Assembly: GCA_022360615.1 (NCBI GenBank)
Contig: JAKSCL010000323.1
Coordinates: forward strand, 1 to 51,878
Direction of reading: 5' to 3'
From: Hyphomicrobiales bacterium
Lineage (GTDB): Bacteria > Pseudomonadota > Alphaproteobacteria > Rhizobiales > JAKSCL01
DNA: 51,878 bases
A program made the position numbers and the translations under genes. This document shows, piece after piece, positions 20,638 through 30,413 of this stretch. How positions within the stretch are numbered: the first letter of the stretch is position 1; each line of letters begins with the position of its first letter. The notes under the pieces are model-generated. The model did no database searches, was not told the origin of the DNA, and saw only the letters and a program-made list of their open reading frames with translations.

Positions 20638-21342
20638 ATGACGTTTGGAAACGCGGTCTTTTTAGGGTGCGCACGATCGGACGCAATACCGGTGCATGCT
20701 TTTCCTGACCAAGCCTTGGAGCAACTGCGCGAGACTGTGCAGCCCAGTGTCGCGGTCGATGCCGAAACGATTGTCAGGCTCCAAGCCTATTTGCGGTTGC
20801 TCGATGCGTGGCAAAAGGCAAAGAACCTCGTTTCCGCCGGAACGCTTCAGGACGCCTGGGAACGCCATATTCTCGATAGCGCCCAGCTTCTACGCTATGG
20901 ACCGGCGAATGCCGTCTGGCTGGACCTGGGTTCAGGCGCCGGTTTTCCAGGCATGGTTTTAGCAATTTTAATGGCGAAAAACGCGGGTTCTGTCCAACTT
21001 GTTGAAGCAAATGGGCGAAAAACCGCGTTTTTGCGCGCCGTTTCACGTGAAACCGGTATCCCGGTGAGAATTCATCACGCGCGTGCGGAGGATTTAAGTG
21101 CGCAAGAGACGGGGCCAATCGGCATCGTTACGGCACGGGCCTTCGCGCCGCTCACGAAACTCATCGCTTATGCGGCACCTTGGTTCGCCAAAGGCGCTTA
21201 CGGCCTCTTTTTGAAGGGAGAAGGTGTCGATAACGAAATTGAAGATGCTGCAAAGTCTCACAGATTTCAGTATGATCAATTTCGAAATGCGGTGACACCG
21301 GGAGGCTCGGTGTTGAAACTTAGGCTCGACAAGCAGCCGTAA
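20638..21342 (+). CDS. rsmG: 16S rRNA (guanine527-N7)-methyltransferase RsmG (GidB)
   Basis: LLDAWQKAKNLVS...WERHILDS...DLGSGAGFPG SAM motif. Start uncertain (20596, 20638 or GTG 20692). Confidence 0.88.
   Translation: MTFGNAVFLGCARSDAIPVHAFPDQALEQLRETVQPSVAVDAETIVRLQAYLRLLDAWQKAKNLVSAGTLQDAWERHILDSAQLLRYGPANAVWLDLGSGAGFPGMVLAILMAKNAGSVQLVEANGRKTAFLRAVSRETGIPVRIHHARAEDLSAQETGPIGIVTARAFAPLTKLIAYAAPWFAKGAYGLFLKGEGVDNEIEDAAKSHRFQYDQFRNAVTPGGSVLKLRLDKQP
21039..21054. promoter_or_regulatory. parS-like site CGTTTCACGTGAAACC (14/16; the central 14-bp palindrome is intact), inside rsmG
   Basis: Differs from the two perfect sites only at the outermost base on each side. Confidence 0.7.
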
Positions 21343-21381
21343 GGTGCGGTGATGCGGAGCGTTTGACCGGAGACGAGGCAG

Positions 21382-22212
21382 ATGATGCGGAGGCCACGGA
21401 TTCTCGCTCTTGCCAATCAAAAGGGCGGTGTCGGTAAGACCACGACGGCAATTAACCTCGGGACGGCGCTGGCAGCGACCGGCGAGAAGGTTCTGGTGGT
21501 CGATCTTGACCCCCAGGGCAATGCGAGCACGGGTTTCGGTATTGATCAGAAAAACCGGAACCTTTCCACCTTTGACGTTCTGATGCTCAGTGCGACGCTT
21601 GAGGAAGCGGCTGTGAAGACAAGCGTGCCGCGCCTCGATGTGGCGCCCTCAACGCTCGATCTCCTCGGGATCGAAATGCGTATTTCGAAAAGCGAGGACC
21701 GCGTGTTCCGGCTGCGAAAGGCAATTCAAGGTTTGACTGAAAGGTCGATTCAGAGCCGTAACGACGATCAGGCGGAAGATGGGGCCTACACCTATATTCT
21801 TGTCGACTGCCCACCGTCCTTCAATCTTTTGACGGTCAACGCCCTTGCGGCATCGGACGCGATCCTGGTGCCGCTTCAGTGCGAGTTCTTTGCGCTTGAG
21901 GGCCTAAGCCAGCTTTTGAAGACGGTCGAGGAGGTGAAGCGGACGCTGAACCCCAACTTGTCCATCCACGGCGTTGTGCTGACCATGTACGATCAGCGCA
22001 ATAATCTCTCGACGCAAGTTGTCGATGATGTCCGGTCCTTCATGGGCGACAAGGTCTATGAGACGATTATTCCCCGGAATGTGCGTGTCTCCGAGGCGCC
22101 GTCCTATGGCAAGCCGGTATTGCTTTACGATGTGAATTGTTCCGGCAGTCAGGCCTATGTCCGCCTTGCGACGGAAGTTATCAAACGCGAAAGAGCGCTT
22201 CGTGCGGCATGA
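21382..22212 (+). CDS. parA: chromosome partitioning ATPase ParA
   Basis: ILALANQKGGVGKTTTAINL deviant Walker A. Sits directly upstream of parB. Confidence 0.95.
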   Translation: MMRRPRILALANQKGGVGKTTTAINLGTALAATGEKVLVVDLDPQGNASTGFGIDQKNRNLSTFDVLMLSATLEEAAVKTSVPRLDVAPSTLDLLGIEMRISKSEDRVFRLRKAIQGLTERSIQSRNDDQAEDGAYTYILVDCPPSFNLLTVNALAASDAILVPLQCEFFALEGLSQLLKTVEEVKRTLNPNLSIHGVVLTMYDQRNNLSTQVVDDVRSFMGDKVYETIIPRNVRVSEAPSYGKPVLLYDVNCSGSQAYVRLATEVIKRERALRAA

Positions 22213-22324
22213 ACGCAGGCATTTCCAAGCCGTTCTGGAAGACCCTTTCGGAGGTTGCCGGAGAAGCTCGTTTGCCGGATTTCCCTTTGGGCTTTCCCGA
22301 TAGACATAAGAAGGATTGATAATC

Positions 22325-23218
22325 ATGTCGGAGGATGCTGCGCGCCATTCCCGGTTGGGGCGCGGGCTTGCGGCGCTCATCGGAGATGCAGGCCTTGAAA
22401 CGACGGCGGTGGAATCTGCCCGCAAACAGCGCACCGTGCCGCTCGAGTTTCTCTCACCCAATCCCCGCAACCCCAGGCGTTCGTTTGATGAGAACGAACT
22501 GGAGGAGCTGACCCAATCCGTTCGGGAAAAGGGTATCGTTCAGCCCTTGCTGGTCCGTCCGGTGGAAGGTGAAGAACAGCGGTTTGAGATCATTGCGGGT
22601 GAACGGCGTTGGCGTGCAGCACAACGCGCCGGCTTGCCCGATGTCCCGGTCTTCGTTGCGGAGCTTAACGACCGGGAAGCGCTTGAAGTCGCCATTATCG
22701 AGAATGTTCAACGCGCCGACCTGAATGCGATTGAAGAGGCTCTCGGTTATCAGCAGCTTATCGATGAGTTCGGTTATTCGCAGGCCGAGCTCGGCTCGGT
22801 GATTGGCAAGAGCCGCAGCCATGTGGCGAACACGCTGCGGCTCTTGAGACTGCCGGAAAGCGTTCAAGAGGATTTGCGCGAAGGCCGGCTTTCAGCCGGG
22901 CATGCCCGGACGCTCATTACAAGCGATAATCCCGAAGAGCTGGCAAGTCAGATTGTTAAAGGCAATCTCAGTGTTCGCGATGCAGAAAGACTTTCTCAAA
23001 ATCCAGATAAGATAAAAAATAAATCTCCGAAAGGCACTTCCAACGGCCATGCTAAAGGCCCTGATCAACGTGCTCTTGAGACGGCTCTGACGGATGTTCT
23101 CGGGCTCAATGTAAGGATCGATCACAAGGGCAAAAAAGGCGGCGAATTGCGAATTGCCTACAAAACGCTCGATCAGCTTGACGATATCTGCAGGCGTTTG
23201 CGCTCCACGGCGAAATAG
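22325..23218 (+). CDS. parB: chromosome partitioning protein ParB
   Basis: RLGRGLAALIG, the PNPRNPRR box, IIAGERRWRAA, and an HTH region. ATG 22325 follows AAGGA. Confidence 0.95.
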   Translation: MSEDAARHSRLGRGLAALIGDAGLETTAVESARKQRTVPLEFLSPNPRNPRRSFDENELEELTQSVREKGIVQPLLVRPVEGEEQRFEIIAGERRWRAAQRAGLPDVPVFVAELNDREALEVAIIENVQRADLNAIEEALGYQQLIDEFGYSQAELGSVIGKSRSHVANTLRLLRLPESVQEDLREGRLSAGHARTLITSDNPEELASQIVKGNLSVRDAERLSQNPDKIKNKSPKGTSNGHAKGPDQRALETALTDVLGLNVRIDHKGKKGGELRIAYKTLDQLDDICRRLRSTAK

Positions 23219-23232
23219 GCAATTCCAATGGC

Positions 23233-24261
23233 TTAGTGCTGTTTGCGCGCAGCACCAGCCATTATCGCGATCCTGGCGAGCTGCCGTGCCGCAATCACGT
23301 CTTCAAGATGCGGATGATACCGGCACTGCTGTTCGATTTCGCCCAGTTCGGAAAGCACTTTGCGCAGCTTGGCAGCTGTCCAGATACGCAGTTGCCGTTC
23401 GACCGTCTCGTGTCGCTTGAAATGAAAACGGGCGCCAGACCCTGAAATGGCGGATTTCGGCGAGCCGGTGGAATCAAAACGCAGCCGTGCAATGTGCAGC
23501 GCTCTAACATGACCCAACGTATTTCGGACCAATTGGGCGCCGGGTATGCCGCGCAGAAAGAAACGGTCGGTCTCTTCACCACATAAATCGAGTTTTCCCT
23601 CGAATGCGGCGTCAATCGCCTGCACCGCGTCCGCAACGGTTGCATCGCCGCACACGGCTTCGATGTCTTGCAGTGTCAACTGTTTGCGGGGGTGAATGTA
23701 AGTCAGAAGCTTGTTGATTTCGTTCTGGCTGACCATCCGATCAGCACCCAGATGGGCCTGGAGTTCACCTCGCACCTCGCGGGATGCGGAGATCCCGGCT
23801 TGGGCAAGGGTTTGTTCGATGAGCCGCATCAATGCGCCGGCTGTGTCCGGATAGCAACCAATGGCGGCAGCGGTTTGAACACCTTCGGTAAGTTTGCGGA
23901 GAGCCGCGCCTGGTTTTAGATCGCCGGCTTCGATGATTAGGGTGCATGTCTCGGGCGGATCGGTGACGACAGGGGCAATCCGTGCTGCGAGTCCGCCATC
24001 GTCTGTCACACGCACCACGCTGATGGGTTCAAAAAGCGCGGGTGAATAAAGCTCAATCGAAAGTGCATCCGGCTCTTCGTTCAGCCGGGAAGCGTCAATC
24101 CGGCTGATGCCGCCGCCGTCGCGGGCGGCAATCTTTTGCGAAATTTTATCGGCGCGCTCCGACACAAGACCCCGGTCCGGGCCGAAAAAAAGGATAACCT
24201 TGTAAGAGGAATCGGGACGGGTGACGAAACTCTCCGCTGCACCTGCTTTGATTGCTGTCAC
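23233..24261 (-). CDS. holA: DNA polymerase III subunit delta
   Basis: YKVILFFGPDRGLVSERA N-terminal region. I prefer GTG 24261. The ORF-track ATG 24384 adds 41 atypical residues from AT-rich DNA. Confidence 0.85.
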   Translation of the reverse strand: MTAIKAGAAESFVTRPDSSYKVILFFGPDRGLVSERADKISQKIAARDGGGISRIDASRLNEEPDALSIELYSPALFEPISVVRVTDDGGLAARIAPVVTDPPETCTLIIEAGDLKPGAALRKLTEGVQTAAAIGCYPDTAGALMRLIEQTLAQAGISASREVRGELQAHLGADRMVSQNEINKLLTYIHPRKQLTLQDIEAVCGDATVADAVQAIDAAFEGKLDLCGEETDRFFLRGIPGAQLVRNTLGHVRALHIARLRFDSTGSPKSAISGSGARFHFKRHETVERQLRIWTAAKLRKVLSELGEIEQQCRYHPHLEDVIAARQLARIAIMAGAARKQH

Positions 24262-24404
24262 GCCTTCATCCCGGTTCGTAGCGCGCGTTTTGGCAAGGTG
24301 GACATACTTTTCCAGTAAGAATATGCGCCAATTCGATGAAAATATCGCACTTTGCCTATGCTTGGTCGGTTCAATTCGCTGCAAAATGCTCTCGATGGAG
24401 ATCG

Positions 24405-24935
24405 TCAGCTACTGGAAAAATAGCCCGAGACCTGCGCGACAACTTGCCGTGCAACCTCCCTTGCCGCCCGGTTTTCAGCGTCGATTTGAGCGCGTTGGTC
24501 GGCGAATTGCTGATCGAGCGGCGAATCATAAGGGGATGAGGCAATGGCCGAGCCGCGGAAAAGCGGTAAGTCATCTTCGAGGCCACGGATGAAAAAGGAG
24601 GTGGAGAGGTTCAGCGTTCTAGCCTCCGTATCCCCTGTGCGTGAGACGATGGAATCGGTGACCGACGCGTTACTCACCAGATCAAGCCGGTAATTAGCGG
24701 CCGTCAGGCTGGTTGCCGGGTTTTGGCCAAAAGCAAACAGCACTTCGTTGTAAACTGTTTGTTCAACCCGGTTCTCCGGCGTTTTAACGTAGACTTGCTG
24801 CAGCTCGTCCACCACCCGGCCGCCGCTGGCGCTGGGGGCATGGACGGGACTAAGCCCACAACCGGTAAGGGACAGGGTGGTTCCGAGACCAATCAGCACG
24901 CCCCGACGCGAAAGCCGATAATCAGGCGACGACAT
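24405..24935 (-). CDS. lptE: LPS-assembly lipoprotein LptE
   Basis: Lipobox LSLTGC after a signal peptide. Position between leuS and holA. ATG 24935 preceded by AAGGA and overlapping the leuS 3' end by 14 nt. Confidence 0.8.
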   Translation of the reverse strand: MSSPDYRLSRRGVLIGLGTTLSLTGCGLSPVHAPSASGGRVVDELQQVYVKTPENRVEQTVYNEVLFAFGQNPATSLTAANYRLDLVSNASVTDSIVSRTGDTEARTLNLSTSFFIRGLEDDLPLFRGSAIASSPYDSPLDQQFADQRAQIDAENRAAREVARQVVAQVSGYFSSS

Positions 24936-27540
24936 TGACAATCCTTTCCGGCACAACGATCACCTTTCGAACAGGTTTCTCGCCAATAGCACGCAATACA
25001 CCCTCAAGTTCAAGAGCGGCCGTTTCAATATCGGATTTATCCGCGTTCTTTGGAACGGTCACCTCGCCTCGCTTCTTGCCGTTCACCTGAACCGGAAGCG
25101 TTATCACGGTTTGCTCCAACAGGCTCTCATCCAATACTGGCCATGCGGCGTTTGATACGAGATTTTTCTTATCCAGCGCCTGCCAGCAGGTTTCGGCCAG
25201 GTGCGGCATCATCGGCGCGAAAAGCTGCACCATGATTGTAAGCGCCTCCCGCATGGCGGCGCTATCGGCAGGTGTAAACGGGATTGCTTCACGCCCGTTC
25301 CAATATCCGTAAAGTTGGTTGGACAGTTCGTAAACTTGAGCAACAGCCCGGTTGAAGTGAAGCTTGTCAATGTCGTCTTCGACCGAAGCAAGAGCCCGGT
25401 GCGCGGTCCGGCGGATGTCTTGCGCCCTTTTACTTTCACCGGTATCGCCGCCATTTTCGACCGTGGGCGAAATTTCCTCGCTTGCTTCCGCCACAAGACG
25501 CCAGATGCGTTGGACGAACCGCCATGCACCTTCGACACCGGCCTCCGTCCAGACAATGTCACGTTCGGGCGGTGTATCGGAAAGCATGAACCAGCGCGCG
25601 GTGTCAGCGCCATAGCGTTCGATGATGTGATCCGGGTCGATGACATTCTTTTTCGACTTCGACATGGATTCAATATGGCCGATCGTGACCGGTGCTCCGG
25701 TTTCGCGTTGGCGGGCAACGCCATCTTCGATCACGACCTCCTCGGGAAAGACCCAGTGCCCTTCGGCATCTTTATAGGTCTCGTGGCAGACCATGCCCTG
25801 GGTGAAAAGACCGTCGAAGGGTTCGTCGAGACTGCAGTGGCCGGTCTTGCGCATGGCGCGTGTGAAAAACCGCGAATAAAGGAGGTGCAGGATCGCGTGC
25901 TCGACGCCGCCAATATATTGATCGATGGGCAGCCAAGCGTCGACCGCGGTCAGCTCGGTCGGGGTTTTTGCTCGCGGTGCCGCAAAACGCGCGAAGTACC
26001 AGGAAGAGTCGACAAAGGTGTCCATCGTATCGGTTTCCCGATCCGCGGGCCGGCCGCATTTGGGACAGGGCACCTCCTTCCATGCGGAGTGGCGGTCAAG
26101 GGGATTGCCGGGTTTGTCGAATGACACATCATCGGGAAGGCGGACCGGCAGATCCTCCTCTGGAACGGGCACGGCGCCGCAATCACAGCAATGGACGATC
26201 GGGATCGGGCAGCCCCAATAGCGCTGACGCGATATGCCCCAATCACGTAGGCGGAAATTCACCTGACGCTCGGCTTGCGGTTCGCCCTCAAACGCGGCTT
26301 TGGAAAGCTTGTCGGCGACGGCTTCCTTCGCTTCCGGAATGGTCATGCCATCGAGAAAAGCGGAGTTGATCATCAGGCCCTCACCCGTAAAGGCCTCATT
26401 TTCGATCGTGAAGGCAGCACTGTCGGCGCCATCGGGTAGAACCACCGGTATGACCGGGAGATCATAGCTGCGGGCAAAGTCAAGGTCGCGCTGGTCATGT
26501 CCCGGACAGCCAAAAATAGCGCCCGTTCCGTAGTCCATCAGGATGAAATTCGCGATGAACACCGGCAGGGTATGGCCTTCAATCAGGGGGTGAGCGACAC
26601 GGATACGTGTGTCGTAACCTCTCTTCTCGGCCATTTCGATATCGGCGAGGCTCGTGCCCATACGCTGGCATTCGGCCACAAAAGCGGCGGCTTGCGTGTT
26701 CGTCTCAGCGATCTTGCGGGCAAGCGGATGGTCTGGTGCGACCGCCATGAAGCTTGCGCCGAACAGAGTATCGGGCCGGGTCGTGTAAACCTCGAGTTCG
26801 CTGAAACCTTCCGGAGCGGTATCCGGCTCGAGCGCAAATCGGATTTGAAGGCCTTCTGACCGCCCGATCCAGTTGGACTGCATCAGCCGGACCTTTTCGG
26901 GCCAGCGCTCAAGACGGCCGATGGCCTGGAGCAAATCCTCGGAATAGTCGGAGATCTTGAAAAACCATTGGGTGAGTTCGCGTTGCTCGACCAGGGCGCC
27001 TGAGCGCCAGCCGCGGCCGTCGATCACCTGTTCGTTGGCAAGAACAGTGCGGTCGACCGGATCCCAGTTCACCTTGCGGTTCTTGCGGTCGACCAGACCG
27101 GCCTTGAGGAAATCGAGAAAGAGTTTTTGTTGCTGGTGGTAATACTCAACGTCGCAGGTTGCGAATTCACGGTCCCAATCAATGGAAAGACCCATTGACT
27201 TCAGCTGCTTACGCATCGCCGCGATATTATCATAGGTCCATTTTGCAGGATGAATGCCCCGCTCCATGGCGGCGTTTTCCGCCGGCATGCCGAACGCGTC
27301 CCATCCCATGGGATGGAGTACGTTGAAGCCCTTGGCGCGCTTATACCGGGCGACCACGTCGCCCATGGTATAATTCCGTACGTGGCCCATGTGGATGCGT
27401 CCCGATGGGTAGGGGAACATCTCAAGGACATAGTATTTGGGCCGCGGATCGTCGTTGCCGGTTTGGAAGATTCCATTTTTCTCCCATACCGCCTGCCAGG
27501 CGGGCTCCGTCTCGGCCGGGTTGTATCTTTCAACCGTCAT
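24922..27540 (-). CDS. leuS: leucine--tRNA ligase
   Basis: HMGHVRNY (HIGH) and SMSKSKKN (KMSKS) motifs, 872 aa. Confidence 0.97.
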   Translation of the reverse strand: MTVERYNPAETEPAWQAVWEKNGIFQTGNDDPRPKYYVLEMFPYPSGRIHMGHVRNYTMGDVVARYKRAKGFNVLHPMGWDAFGMPAENAAMERGIHPAKWTYDNIAAMRKQLKSMGLSIDWDREFATCDVEYYHQQQKLFLDFLKAGLVDRKNRKVNWDPVDRTVLANEQVIDGRGWRSGALVEQRELTQWFFKISDYSEDLLQAIGRLERWPEKVRLMQSNWIGRSEGLQIRFALEPDTAPEGFSELEVYTTRPDTLFGASFMAVAPDHPLARKIAETNTQAAAFVAECQRMGTSLADIEMAEKRGYDTRIRVAHPLIEGHTLPVFIANFILMDYGTGAIFGCPGHDQRDLDFARSYDLPVIPVVLPDGADSAAFTIENEAFTGEGLMINSAFLDGMTIPEAKEAVADKLSKAAFEGEPQAERQVNFRLRDWGISRQRYWGCPIPIVHCCDCGAVPVPEEDLPVRLPDDVSFDKPGNPLDRHSAWKEVPCPKCGRPADRETDTMDTFVDSSWYFARFAAPRAKTPTELTAVDAWLPIDQYIGGVEHAILHLLYSRFFTRAMRKTGHCSLDEPFDGLFTQGMVCHETYKDAEGHWVFPEEVVIEDGVARQRETGAPVTIGHIESMSKSKKNVIDPDHIIERYGADTARWFMLSDTPPERDIVWTEAGVEGAWRFVQRIWRLVAEASEEISPTVENGGDTGESKRAQDIRRTAHRALASVEDDIDKLHFNRAVAQVYELSNQLYGYWNGREAIPFTPADSAAMREALTIMVQLFAPMMPHLAETCWQALDKKNLVSNAAWPVLDESLLEQTVITLPVQVNGKKRGEVTVPKNADKSDIETAALELEGVLRAIGEKPVRKVIVVPERIVNVVA

Positions 27541-27705
27541 TTGCGGGATCGGGTGTCTTTCATCGACATGGCGTAAGGCCCGTCATTCAAGCCTTTGAAA
27601 CGGGCGGTATCACGCCTAAAACAAGCCGAAAGGTCAACCGTTTTCCCACATTGGCTGCGTGGAGACCGGGAAGCTTGGCTGGTGGGATGAAGGGATCGGG
27701 ATTTC

Positions 27706-28425
27706 ATGGCGGTCGCTGGTGCTAAAGTGGAAAAGAGTACAGATGCGCGGGATGCTGCGGCGCGGCTTGCCGAGGTCATGGCACGCATTGAAGCAGCGCG
27801 TAAAAGCGCAGAAAAACCCGCGAAAAAAACCACTCTTGTCGCCGTTTCCAAGACCTTCCCTGCAGATGCCATCCGGTCTGTGATTGAAGCTGGTCACCGC
27901 GTTTTCGGCGAGAACCGTGTGCAAGAGGCGAAAGAGAAATGGCCCGACCTGAAGAAGGATTATCCCGATATCAGCCTTCATCTGATCGGGCCTTTACAGT
28001 CAAATAAGACCCGCGATGCCATGGCACTTTTTGACGTGATTGAAAGCGTTGACCGGGAAAAGATCGCCAAAGCCATTGCGGCGGAACGGGACCGGACAGG
28101 CACCTGCCCGCGCCTTCTTGTTCAAGTCAACACAGGAGAAGAGCCACAAAAGACTGGGATTCCACCGTCTGAAACGGTCAAATTCGTCAGTTATTGCCGC
28201 GATACGCTGCACTTGCCGGTCGATGGATTGATGTGTATCCCGCCGGTCGATGAGGAACCGGGCCTTCATTTTGCGCTTCTTGACAAGCTGGCAAATGAAG
28301 CGGGTGTGGCGGAACGCAGCATGGGGATGAGCGCCGATTATGAAACGGCGATTCGCTTTGGGGCGACACTTGTGCGCGTCGGTTCAGCCATTTTCGGGCC
28401 GCGGGTGGCGAAAAAAACGTCTTAG
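27706..28425 (+). CDS. yggS: YggS-family pyridoxal phosphate homeostasis protein
   Basis: LVAVSKTF (PLP lysine), FGENRVQE, HLIGPLQSNK, SMGMSADYE. Confidence 0.9.
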   Translation: MAVAGAKVEKSTDARDAAARLAEVMARIEAARKSAEKPAKKTTLVAVSKTFPADAIRSVIEAGHRVFGENRVQEAKEKWPDLKKDYPDISLHLIGPLQSNKTRDAMALFDVIESVDREKIAKAIAAERDRTGTCPRLLVQVNTGEEPQKTGIPPSETVKFVSYCRDTLHLPVDGLMCIPPVDEEPGLHFALLDKLANEAGVAERSMGMSADYETAIRFGATLVRVGSAIFGPRVAKKTS

Positions 28426-28439
28426 GCTTCCAGCAATTC

Positions 28440-28997
28440 CTATTCCGCGCGCCTGATACGTATCGAAGAGCCCTTGTTGAGGTTCGGCAGGATGCGGTCC
28501 ATGGCAGAACGCGAAATGGCCACACATCCCTCGGTCGGTGAAAAATGCGGCCGGGCCAAGTGCAGAAAGATCGCGCTGCCGAGACCGGGTACTGGCGGGC
28601 GGTCATTGTAGCCAAGCTCGACGATCACGTCGTAGATCGAATCGTTCCGCCAGAGCTTTTCGTGGCTTGCCTCGAAGGGGAGCCGCACAAGTGTGTTATA
28701 ATCACCATGCGTTGGATCATCGCACCAGCCGTCGTCGGGACGGATGGCGCGAACCGGTAAACCGGTGACCGGTGTTTCCCGTCGGTCGGCCCGGTAGAGA
28801 ACACGGCGCAGCGTGAACACGCCTAAAGGCGTCTTTCCATCGCCCTCGCGTTTGTCTTCGCTGACGCCGCCCCGGCCGAGAGCGCAGGGAAAGCGGCCGC
28901 GAGGCGTGTGAACGACACCTTTTGTCGGCTCTTGAAGATTTGCTGTGATGTCAAGAGCATGCGCGTTCACATCGCGCGGTGATGACGAAATTGTCAT
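28440..28997 (-). CDS. L,D-transpeptidase (YkuD) catalytic-domain protein with no obvious signal peptide
   Basis: HLARPHFSPTEGCVAI matches the H..(S/T)xGC active-site motif. Confidence 0.8.
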   Translation of the reverse strand: MTISSSPRDVNAHALDITANLQEPTKGVVHTPRGRFPCALGRGGVSEDKREGDGKTPLGVFTLRRVLYRADRRETPVTGLPVRAIRPDDGWCDDPTHGDYNTLVRLPFEASHEKLWRNDSIYDVIVELGYNDRPPVPGLGSAIFLHLARPHFSPTEGCVAISRSAMDRILPNLNKGSSIRIRRAE

Positions 28998-29085
28998 AAT
29001 TCGCTATCGATCCTGAACTTGTATGGGAGCAGGCGGCTTTCCTACCTGTGATCCAGCGTAAACAAGACGGGTAAGGTGGCAACAA

Positions 29086-29772
29086 ATGGCAAACACTCGG
29101 AAAATTTTGATGATCGACGACGACGTGGATCTCCGCGAATCGCTCGTTGAACAGCTGTCGCTCCACGATGAATTCGAAATCGAAGTCGCTGGAACGGCGA
29201 AAGAGGGAATCGAGCAAGGTAAGGATACGCACTATGATTTGGTGATCTTGGACGTGGGTCTTCCGGACATGGATGGGCGGGAAGCTTGCAAGATCATGCG
29301 CAAGAACGGTGCGAAGTATCCTATCATCATGTTGACAGGCCATGATTCGGATTCAGACACTGTTCTTGGTCTTGAATCGGGTGCAAATGACTATGTGACG
29401 AAGCCTTTCCGGTTCGCCGTGCTTCTGGCGCGGATCAGGGCGCAACTGCGTCAGCATGAGCAAAGCGAAGACGCCGTCTTCACAATCGGACCATACACAT
29501 TCCGGCCAAGCGCCAAGCTTTTGACCGATGAAAAGGGCCAGAAAATCCGGCTGACCGAGAAGGAAACCTCAATACTCAAATATCTTTACCGTGCCGGGGA
29601 ACGTCCGATAACACGCGAGGTGTTGTTACAGGAGGTGTGGGGCTACAATTCAGGGGTCACGACACATACGCTCGAGACCCATATTTACCGGCTCCGGCAG
29701 AAAATCGAACCCGATCCAAGCAATGCGGAGCTGCTTGTGACTGAGATGGGCGGCTACAAGCTCCTTCCCTGA
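29086..29772 (+). CDS. cenR: OmpR-family response regulator, CenR-like, with no adjacent kinase
   Basis: Receiver domain (ILMIDDD...DLVILDVGLPDMDG) plus winged-helix domain (THTLETHIYRLRQKIE). The symbol rests on my recollection of the Caulobacter gene order and was not checked by alignment. Confidence 0.6.
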   Translation: MANTRKILMIDDDVDLRESLVEQLSLHDEFEIEVAGTAKEGIEQGKDTHYDLVILDVGLPDMDGREACKIMRKNGAKYPIIMLTGHDSDSDTVLGLESGANDYVTKPFRFAVLLARIRAQLRQHEQSEDAVFTIGPYTFRPSAKLLTDEKGQKIRLTEKETSILKYLYRAGERPITREVLLQEVWGYNSGVTTHTLETHIYRLRQKIEPDPSNAELLVTEMGGYKLLP

Positions 29773-29817
29773 ACGGCCGGCCAGATTTCGCCATATGATA
29801 GTAAGATCAGACTTCGG

Positions 29818-29860
29818 AGAGTGAGACCGGCCCAGGATCGGACCGGTCTCACTCTTTTTG
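29818..29860 (+). terminator. intrinsic terminator after the response regulator gene
   Basis: AGAGTGAGACCGG ... CCGGTCTCACTCT (13 bp) followed by TTTTG. Confidence 0.75.
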
Positions 29861-29885
29861 CTGTTCTGCCGGGCGGGAAGTTACC

Positions 29886-29901
29886 TTAACGATTGGTTAA
29901 C
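29886..29901 (+). promoter_or_regulatory. perfect CtrA-box motif TTAA-N7-TTAAC upstream of the cNMP-binding protein gene
   Basis: TTAAcgattggTTAAC, ending 38 nt before ATG 29939. Confidence 0.5.
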
Positions 29902-29938
29902 ATTGTCAGCGGCTTACGATTCGTGCATCTGAAACAAG

Positions 29939-30403
29939 ATGAGTATCGCGAACAATGAAAGGCTGCTGACCGGCCACCCCTTCTTCGAAGTCTTCAATGA
30001 AGATGAGCTTCGATTGGTGGCTTTTGGCACTGAATCCGTTCATCTCAAGGCTGGTGGCGTGCTGTTTCGCGTGGACGAAGAGGCGGATTGCGCCTTTCTT
30101 GTCATTGAAGGCCAGGTCGAGCTTTTAACGGATGATAGCCACAGATTGGCGGAAACGCTTGGACCCGGCGATTTGGTTGGAATGCTCGCTCTCATCAATA
30201 AGGACCAACGCCGCGCTGCTACCGCAATAGCAGCAGAACCGTGCTATCTGCTGCGTATTCCGCGGTCAGTGATTTACAAAGTCCTGGAGGAGTACCCCGA
30301 AGCGGCAAGCCGGATTTTCGACCTCATTGCCGCCCGTGTGAAGGCATTCACCCGCGATCTCGGGCCGCTGCAGAGCGAACTTCTCAAAAACGTGAAAGAC
30401 TGA
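29939..30403 (+). CDS. cyclic nucleotide-binding domain protein (154 aa, stand-alone)
   Basis: cNMP-binding beta-barrel pattern (FLVIEGQVELL...LGPGDLVGMLALI...RAATAIA). Confidence 0.8.
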   Translation: MSIANNERLLTGHPFFEVFNEDELRLVAFGTESVHLKAGGVLFRVDEEADCAFLVIEGQVELLTDDSHRLAETLGPGDLVGMLALINKDQRRAATAIAAEPCYLLRIPRSVIYKVLEEYPEAASRIFDLIAARVKAFTRDLGPLQSELLKNVKD

Positions 30404-30413
30404 GTGTCGGCAC

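Noticed and set aside
25201-26124. 307-aa ORF on the plus strand, plus several 60-170-aa ORFs in the same region
   Set aside because: They are antisense or out of frame within leuS, whose HIGH and KMSKS motifs show which frame is real.
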